Positions 58,823-64,000 of a stretch of 64,000 bases of DNA are shown piece after piece. Both the position numbers and the translations under genes were made by a program. Each line of letters starts with the position of its first letter. Positions within the stretch are counted from its first letter, which is position 1. The notes under the pieces were generated by a model, which saw only the letters and a program-made list of their open reading frames with translations, did no database searches and was not told the origin of the DNA. Origin of the DNA: Thermoproteota archaeon (GTDB lineage Archaea; Thermoproteota; Methanomethylicia; Culexarchaeales; Culexarchaeaceae). The stretch is taken from positions 4,260 to 68,259 of the forward strand of contig JAJHRD010000001.1 of the NCBI GenBank assembly GCA_020833005.1, read 5' to 3'.

Positions 58823-59824
58823 ATGTTTAAACCCAGTACAAAAGAATTATCAGAAAAGATTGATTGGATAATGCAAATACTCAGTGAAATAAATGGGAAG
58901 GTAAATGACAACACCAGTAGAATAATGAAGCTTGAAGCGGAATTAAAAAGCATTCGACTAGATGAAATTGGTGAAGGTATAAAAGCCATAAATGAAGGAA
59001 TATACAAAGTAAAGGAAGCTATTAATGAAGCTGAAAAGATGAGGGAGATAATATCCACACTTAAAAACCTAAATGTAAAGGGGGAATTTATAGGTAATAT
59101 AGATGAATTAAGGAAGAGCATCGATAGTGTAATGCAACAATTGCTAAAAATAGGAGAAAACGTAGATACAAACATGAAAACATTGGCAGACAAAATAAAT
59201 AGTATACAAACAATACATCAGGAAGTCATGAAGAATGTCATAAATATAAAGGATTTAGAAGTAAACGCATTAAAAAATATATCCACAATAACCATGATGC
59301 AAAAGGAAATAGGAGAAATAGAAAGGGATGTAAAAAGACTACTGGAAGAATATAAAGAAATTATAGATAAAACAGCAGCAACAAAAATTGAATTAAACAA
59401 ATTAATGAATGAAATAGAGAGGAGAGAGGGAGAAAGCAAAAGGAAACTGGAGGAAGCAACGATATATGAAGAGAAGATTAAAAGGAGGGAGGAAGAATTA
59501 ATTGAAAGAGAGAAGCTACTCACACAGCTAACAAACACATTAATTGAAAAAATAAAGGGGTACGAGGAAATAATGAAACTAACAAACTCAAGAATAACAT
59601 ACTTAAAAGTTTTAGAAGAGAAGAGTAGGGAAATTGAAAATAGGGTTAAAGAGTTAAAAGAGGAGAGGGAAAAACTGGAAAGGGAAGTCAACATTCTAAT
59701 AAAAAGGAGGAATGACCTCGAAGAAGAAGTATGCAAATTAAATGATATGAAGACAAACATGGAGAGAAATCTAAAGAACATAATGGTGGCAATGAAAATT
59801 GAGCAACCCAGAACTAACATATAA
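58823..59824 (+). CDS. Long coiled-coil protein (Glu/Lys/Ile-rich), unknown function
   Basis: 333 aa, heptad-like throughout (e.g. EKSREIENRVKELKEEREKLEREVNILIKRRNDLEEEV). Divergent from the pilus-like operon. Confidence 0.5.
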   Translation: MFKPSTKELSEKIDWIMQILSEINGKVNDNTSRIMKLEAELKSIRLDEIGEGIKAINEGIYKVKEAINEAEKMREIISTLKNLNVKGEFIGNIDELRKSIDSVMQQLLKIGENVDTNMKTLADKINSIQTIHQEVMKNVINIKDLEVNALKNISTITMMQKEIGEIERDVKRLLEEYKEIIDKTAATKIELNKLMNEIERREGESKRKLEEATIYEEKIKRREEELIEREKLLTQLTNTLIEKIKGYEEIMKLTNSRITYLKVLEEKSREIENRVKELKEEREKLEREVNILIKRRNDLEEEVCKLNDMKTNMERNLKNIMVAMKIEQPRTNI

Positions 59825-60524
59825 AATCCTAGATTACTTAAAGAGGGAAATATCAAGAGAAACCACGAAAGGGAAGTTAACATTCACCTCCAAAAAGATA
59901 GGTGTAGAGATAGGGGAAAGGGGGGAAATAAGGAAGATAAACGCTATTCTAAATATGCTAACAAGAGAGGGGATAATAAAGTTCGATGAAAAAATAAAAC
60001 GCTACTACATAGGCAAAGAAGATGTAAAGAGAGTGGAAGAATACCAAATAAAACTTGAGAAAGCACTACTACTAGAATACCATAAACCTCTAAGCAACAT
60101 AGAGCCACCCATAGACGTATACAAAATAGTTAAGGGAATGAAGCAGAGAATAGCGCAAGCGAAGAGGAAGAGCATAATAAAACCAATATACGATGTAAAC
60201 TGCCCCGAAAAATACACCATAATATTCAGGACATACAAAATGCCAGGATTCATAATAAATAATGGTGGCGAGAAAGTCTTCGAAGCATACAGGCTGGGAT
60301 TCATGAAACCAATAAAAGCAATATATAGAGGGGAAGAAATGCTGATAAGAAGGAGATGGGGTAAGGAAATAATAATCACAAAGAATGGTGGAGAGGAGAT
60401 TGCTAAAATGAAGGGATATGGAATTGAAAAAGCCATATTCACATATGAAGAAGCACTAAGTGAAATTAGCATACCAATAGCAATAGCATTGTTTGCAATA
60501 AAACAATTTGACGTAATAATTTAA
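59799..60524 (+). CDS. Hypothetical protein with an N-terminal winged-helix-like region
   Basis: YKILDYLKRE...INAILNMLTREGIIKFDEK. TTG start overlaps the coiled-coil gene by 26 nt. Confidence 0.4.
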   Translation: MSNPELTYKILDYLKREISRETTKGKLTFTSKKIGVEIGERGEIRKINAILNMLTREGIIKFDEKIKRYYIGKEDVKRVEEYQIKLEKALLLEYHKPLSNIEPPIDVYKIVKGMKQRIAQAKRKSIIKPIYDVNCPEKYTIIFRTYKMPGFIINNGGEKVFEAYRLGFMKPIKAIYRGEEMLIRRRWGKEIIITKNGGEEIAKMKGYGIEKAIFTYEEALSEISIPIAIALFAIKQFDVII

Positions 60525-60604
60525 AATAAAAATACATAAAAATTAACTTAACATACGAGAACACATCAATATATACCCACATAAACCATAAGATGAGGGG
60601 TTAA

Positions 60605-61120
60605 ATGAGTAACAGTAGAGGAATAAGTGCAATAATGGTCTCAATAATACTACTAGCAGTATCCATTGGAATGGCGGTAGCATACGCATCAACCATGATG
60701 GGATGGTTTGGAAGCGCAATGAACATAGTGAAGATAGATGCATCAGACTCAAAAATAATTCTAAACCCATCCACAAATCAAGCAAGAATACAAATAGTAC
60801 TAAGAAACATGGGAACTACAACCATAAAAGTAAGTAGCATCTCAATAGACACCGAGGGGCAAAAAGCTATTGTAAACTTCACCAGCAATAATGCAGTAAT
60901 ATACCTGCAAGGTCAGCTTCCAAGTAATGGAAATGTATACGGATCTTCGAAGGATGTAACTATCTCCAATAACCAGTTGTTAATACCGCAAGGTTGCACA
61001 GCAACCATATACTTTGAAATAACATCATCAACGCAGCTGTGGAAGCTTGGCAATGTATATAGGGCATTGGCATTCTATGATGGAGGCATATTCGACTTTA
61101 AGATAAGTGCAGTGTACTAA
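60605..61120 (+). CDS. Archaeal type IV pilin-like protein (class III signal peptide)
   Basis: MSNSRG|ISAIMVSIILLAVSIGMAVAY is a canonical archaeal pilin/flagellin-type N-terminus, followed by a beta-rich globular domain. Confidence 0.75.
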   Translation: MSNSRGISAIMVSIILLAVSIGMAVAYASTMMGWFGSAMNIVKIDASDSKIILNPSTNQARIQIVLRNMGTTTIKVSSISIDTEGQKAIVNFTSNNAVIYLQGQLPSNGNVYGSSKDVTISNNQLLIPQGCTATIYFEITSSTQLWKLGNVYRALAFYDGGIFDFKISAVY

Positions 61121-61130
61121 AAAATAAAAT

Positions 61131-61421
61131 TTAAATCCTTTTTTTCTCAATTTCAAGTTTTCCGCATACCACATCTAGAATTTCATTTAAAATTATTTTC
61201 AATTCCGTGAGAGATTCGTATATTATCATGTCTCTCTGCAACAATTCATTTCCAATGGAGTTTGATTTCATGAAATCTATAAGCTCAGAAATAGCATTCT
61301 TTATATATGCAACATCCATCTTAACCTCTTCTATTGAACTCTCCATTTTAAACAATTTTGCTAATATCTCCTTATCACCCAAATGGGATCCCAAAATAAA
61401 AATCCCTATGAGATATTTCAA
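61131..61421 (-). CDS. Small helical/coiled-coil hypothetical protein
   Basis: 96-aa ORF. The likely start is the internal MESSIEEVKMDV (about 61346). No recognisable family. Confidence 0.3.
   Translation of the reverse strand: MKYLIGIFILGSHLGDKEILAKLFKMESSIEEVKMDVAYIKNAISELIDFMKSNSIGNELLQRDMIIYESLTELKIILNEILDVVCGKLEIEKKRI
61139..61145 (+). terminator. Oligo-T tract after the pilin gene
   Basis: TTTTTTT lies 19 nt after the pilin stop. Confidence 0.35.
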
Positions 61422-61479
61422 ACCTATACTGGTTATAAGTGTAAAAGATAAATCTTAAAATAGAATTATAGGGGGAGAT

Positions 61480-62538
61480 GTGGAGAGGGTTGCTCTAATA
61501 TATGCTGAGGAGTATTTGAAGCATGAGACTGGTAGGCATATTGAGAGAGCTTCAAGGCTGATTAGGACTCTTGAGGTTCTAAAAAATGCGAAAATATATG
61601 AGGATAGAATTGTTGAGATTTTAAAACCTAGAAGGGCTCTTGAAGAAGAAGTGTTGGAAGTGCATTCTGAGAATTTATTGAGTAGAATAAAGAGTCTAGC
61701 ATCCATGGGAGGAGGGAGGATAGCTCCAGATACTGTAGTTTCAAAATACTCATATGATGTTGCATTGCTAGCGGCTGGAGGTGGGTTAAGAGCCCTCGAA
61801 TTGGTAAATGGGGGATTTTTTAAGAGGGTTTTTGTACTCTGTAGACCTCCGGGACATCATGCCGAGCATGATAGGGCGAAGGGATTCTGCTTAATAAATA
61901 ACGTTGCCGTAACAGCTAAAAAGGCTTTAAAAATGGGGTTTAAGAGGGTCTTAATACTTGATTTTGATTCACATCATGGTGATGGAACACAAAAAATATT
62001 CTATGAAGACCCTAACGTTGTTTATGCATCAATACATCAAGATGGTAGGACATTATATCCAAGAACTGGAGATTTTAGGGAGGTAGGTGTAGGTGAAGGG
62101 GAGGGGTATAAGATAAATATCCCTCTTCCACCAGGATCAACAGGTACTATGGCTTTTAAATGCTTAAAGGAAGTTATACTGCCAATAATGGAAGAGTATA
62201 AGCCTGAAGTGATATTGGTGTCCGCTGGATATGATGGGCATTGGCATGATAAGAATTCAGATTTAATGTACACAACGGAGACATATTATGAATTCATGAG
62301 GGAGATCGTGAAGTGTGCAAGAAAAGTAAATAATGGGAAAATTATAACGTTACTTGAGGGGGGATATGATTTGAAATACATGCCATACTCAATATTAAAA
62401 ACCTTGGAAGCTATGTGTGAAGGCAACTATTGGATGGTTCTGGAGAGAGATCCAAAATTGAATACCGCTGAGAAGAGAACTGTAGAAATATTAATAAAGA
62501 AGGCTAGGAAGGTTTTATCAAAATATTGGAATATTTAG
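61480..62538 (+). CDS. Histone deacetylase-family protein (AcuC/acetylpolyamine amidohydrolase-like)
   Basis: CRPPGHHAE, zinc-ligand motif DFDSHHGDGTQ, and LEGGYD. GTG start. Confidence 0.88.
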   Translation: MERVALIYAEEYLKHETGRHIERASRLIRTLEVLKNAKIYEDRIVEILKPRRALEEEVLEVHSENLLSRIKSLASMGGGRIAPDTVVSKYSYDVALLAAGGGLRALELVNGGFFKRVFVLCRPPGHHAEHDRAKGFCLINNVAVTAKKALKMGFKRVLILDFDSHHGDGTQKIFYEDPNVVYASIHQDGRTLYPRTGDFREVGVGEGEGYKINIPLPPGSTGTMAFKCLKEVILPIMEEYKPEVILVSAGYDGHWHDKNSDLMYTTETYYEFMREIVKCARKVNNGKIITLLEGGYDLKYMPYSILKTLEAMCEGNYWMVLERDPKLNTAEKRTVEILIKKARKVLSKYWNI

Positions 62539-62547
62539 TGATGGATT

Positions 62548-63771
62548 ATGCGAAAATTCCATGTAGCATCCCCAGAAGAGATAAAAAGTGGGGGGACAAC
62601 GGACGTATACTTCCAGAGAACAATGGAAGTATTAAAGACTATAGGAAAGGAGAAGACGAGGGTAGTTATGGAGGTAACCACTGGGGGGTTACCAAAGGGT
62701 TGGGATTGGGGAATAATATGTGGGATGGAGGAAGAGATGTATCTACTTGAAGGTATACCAGTAAACGTTTATGCAATGCCGGAAGGAAGTATATTCTATC
62801 CATTAACATATAATGGTATAAGGGAGCCAGTAATGGTGATCGAAGGTGAATATGGAAGTTTTGGACACCTTGAAACGGCAATACTTGGATTGTTATGTCA
62901 AGCTTCAGGAATAGCTACAGCAGCAGCACATATCAAAGTAGCTGCAGATTTCAAACCAATATACTCATTTGGTATAAGGAGGATGCACCCGGCTTTAGCG
63001 CCAATGATAGATAGAGCTGCATACATTGGAGGAGCAGATGGAGTTTCTGGAGTTAGTGGGGCGAAACTTATCGGCAAGGAACCTGTTGGAACAATGCCAC
63101 ACGCACTGATCATAATAATTGGAGACCAGAGAGAGGCTTGGAAGAAATTTGATGAAATTATTGATGAAAAAGTTCCGAGAATAGCATTGATAGACACATT
63201 CTATGATGAAAAGATTGAAGCCATAATGGCAATTGAAACTCTGGGGGGAAAGCTTTATGGTGTAAGGTTGGATACGCCAAGTTCAAGGAGGGGAGATATG
63301 GCCGCCATAGTTAGAGAAGTTAGATGGGAGTTGGATGTAAGAGGGTACAAAAACGTGAAGATAATGGTTTCAGGAGGGTTAGATGAGGAAAGTGTAATAG
63401 AGTTAAGTAAGGCGGGAGTGGATGTATTTGGCGTTGGAACAAGCATATCAAATGCAAGAACAATAGATTTTGCATTAGATATAGTTGAAGTTGAGGGGAA
63501 GCCTATTGCGAAGAGAGGTAAAGCTAGTGGTAAGAAACAAGTTTGGAGATGCCAAAACTGTTTAACAGATGTAGCTACACTGATGAGTGAAAGGGTGGAA
63601 AAATGCCCAGTATGTGGAAACACAGAAATGAAGCCGATGCTTCAACAAATTATAAGAAATGGCGAGATAATAGCTGAAATGAAAAGGCCATCGGAGATAA
63701 GGGAAATGGTGTTGAATAATTTAAGGAAACTTATTACTGTAAGAAAACAATTTAATAAGTGTCAAAAATAA
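62548..63771 (+). CDS. Nicotinate phosphoribosyltransferase (archaeal type) with a C-terminal zinc-ribbon
   Basis: GGTTDVYFQRT...GTMPHALII...GVRLDTPSSRRG...VSGGLD, then CQNC...CPVCG. Confidence 0.8.
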   Translation: MRKFHVASPEEIKSGGTTDVYFQRTMEVLKTIGKEKTRVVMEVTTGGLPKGWDWGIICGMEEEMYLLEGIPVNVYAMPEGSIFYPLTYNGIREPVMVIEGEYGSFGHLETAILGLLCQASGIATAAAHIKVAADFKPIYSFGIRRMHPALAPMIDRAAYIGGADGVSGVSGAKLIGKEPVGTMPHALIIIIGDQREAWKKFDEIIDEKVPRIALIDTFYDEKIEAIMAIETLGGKLYGVRLDTPSSRRGDMAAIVREVRWELDVRGYKNVKIMVSGGLDEESVIELSKAGVDVFGVGTSISNARTIDFALDIVEVEGKPIAKRGKASGKKQVWRCQNCLTDVATLMSERVEKCPVCGNTEMKPMLQQIIRNGEIIAEMKRPSEIREMVLNNLRKLITVRKQFNKCQK

Positions 63772-63791
63772 AGTATAGCATGTATATTGGT

Positions 63792-63870
63792 GGGGCCGTC
63801 GTCTAGCTTGGATTAGGATGCCAGCCTGGGGCGCTGGTGGTCCTGGGTTCAAATCCCAGCGGCCCCACCA
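63792..63870 (+). tRNA. tRNA-Pro(GGG), CCA encoded
   Basis: GGGGCCG..CCAGC-CUGGGGC-GCUGG..CUGGG-UUCAAAU-CCCAG..CGGCCCC-A-CCA. Confidence 0.88.
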
Positions 63871-64000
63871 AGTCAATTTAAACTTTAGTTAGCCAGGGAT
63901 ATGCCCCCTTAAGATATTTTGTTAAGAAAATTGCGAATTCCCTATTGTTGGAGTAGAAGTCAAGTATCTCTTCATTCCTCAAAATTGTCTGGTTTGTTGT

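Noticed and set aside
868-63623. Many 60-220-aa track ORFs lying antisense or out of frame inside confidently assigned genes. Examples: 868-1173, 1979-2803, 4639-5208, 6801-7139, 8447-9171, 9550-10140, 15764-16453, 17679-18221, 38141-38741, 38780-39280, 44938-45594, 45922-46416, 47581-48216, 58777-59193, 59218-59883, 60005-60472, 62526-62750
   Set aside because: They overlap genes with strong motif support and encode low-complexity Leu/Ser/Phe/Ile-rich products typical of antisense frames in AT-rich, purine-skewed coding DNA. They have no recognisable motifs.
1-64000. CRISPR arrays, IS elements, integrases, toxin-antitoxin pairs
   Set aside because: No regularly spaced direct repeats, no transposase or integrase-like ORFs, and no small paired ORFs with recognisable TA motifs were seen by eye.

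Overview
This is an archaeal chromosomal window, AT-rich and Thermoproteota/crenarchaeal-like in gene content and order. All calls come from reading the sequence and recognising motifs by eye; no database search was run. From 5' to 3' it contains: (1) a minus-strand operon of ParB/Srx-like protein, MoaD-like GG protein, ADP-forming acyl-CoA synthetase alpha, and iorA-iorB. (2) A radical SAM gene, eS17, an archaeal histone and an intron-containing tRNA-Ser(CGA). (3) A MacB-type ABC transporter with a large secreted repeat protein, a ferritin-like protein and an MFS transporter. (4) The large ribosomal protein cluster (uL22 to uL15, secY, DUF106/YidC-like, eL34, cmk, eL14), with rps19 inverted at its 5' edge. 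(5) cbf5, which looks frameshifted but is best explained by a 23-nt bulge-helix-bulge mRNA intron. (6) tRNA-Ser(GGA), saccharopine-dehydrogenase-like protein, thiI, tRNA-Phe, peroxiredoxin, small membrane and zinc-ribbon genes, H+-pyrophosphatase, tRNA-Gly, an Sm-wHTH fusion, and a candidate C/D box sRNA. (7) A replication gene island: orc1/cdc6, then rfcL-rfcS divergent from gins23-mcm-hel308, with moaC-moaA-truA embedded. (8) An approximately 10.4 kb, tightly overlapping nine-gene type IV pilus-like operon (ATPase, platform protein, a giant pilin-like adhesin, six further proteins with N-terminal hydrophobic segments), plus a divergent coiled-coil/wHTH/pilin module. (9) An HDAC-family deacetylase, nicotinate phosphoribosyltransferase and tRNA-Pro. 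No CRISPR array, transposase or integrase was recognised. The pilus-like locus and the cbf5 intron are the most notable items. Whether the pilus-like locus is novel relative to described archaeal T4P classes cannot be judged without searches.
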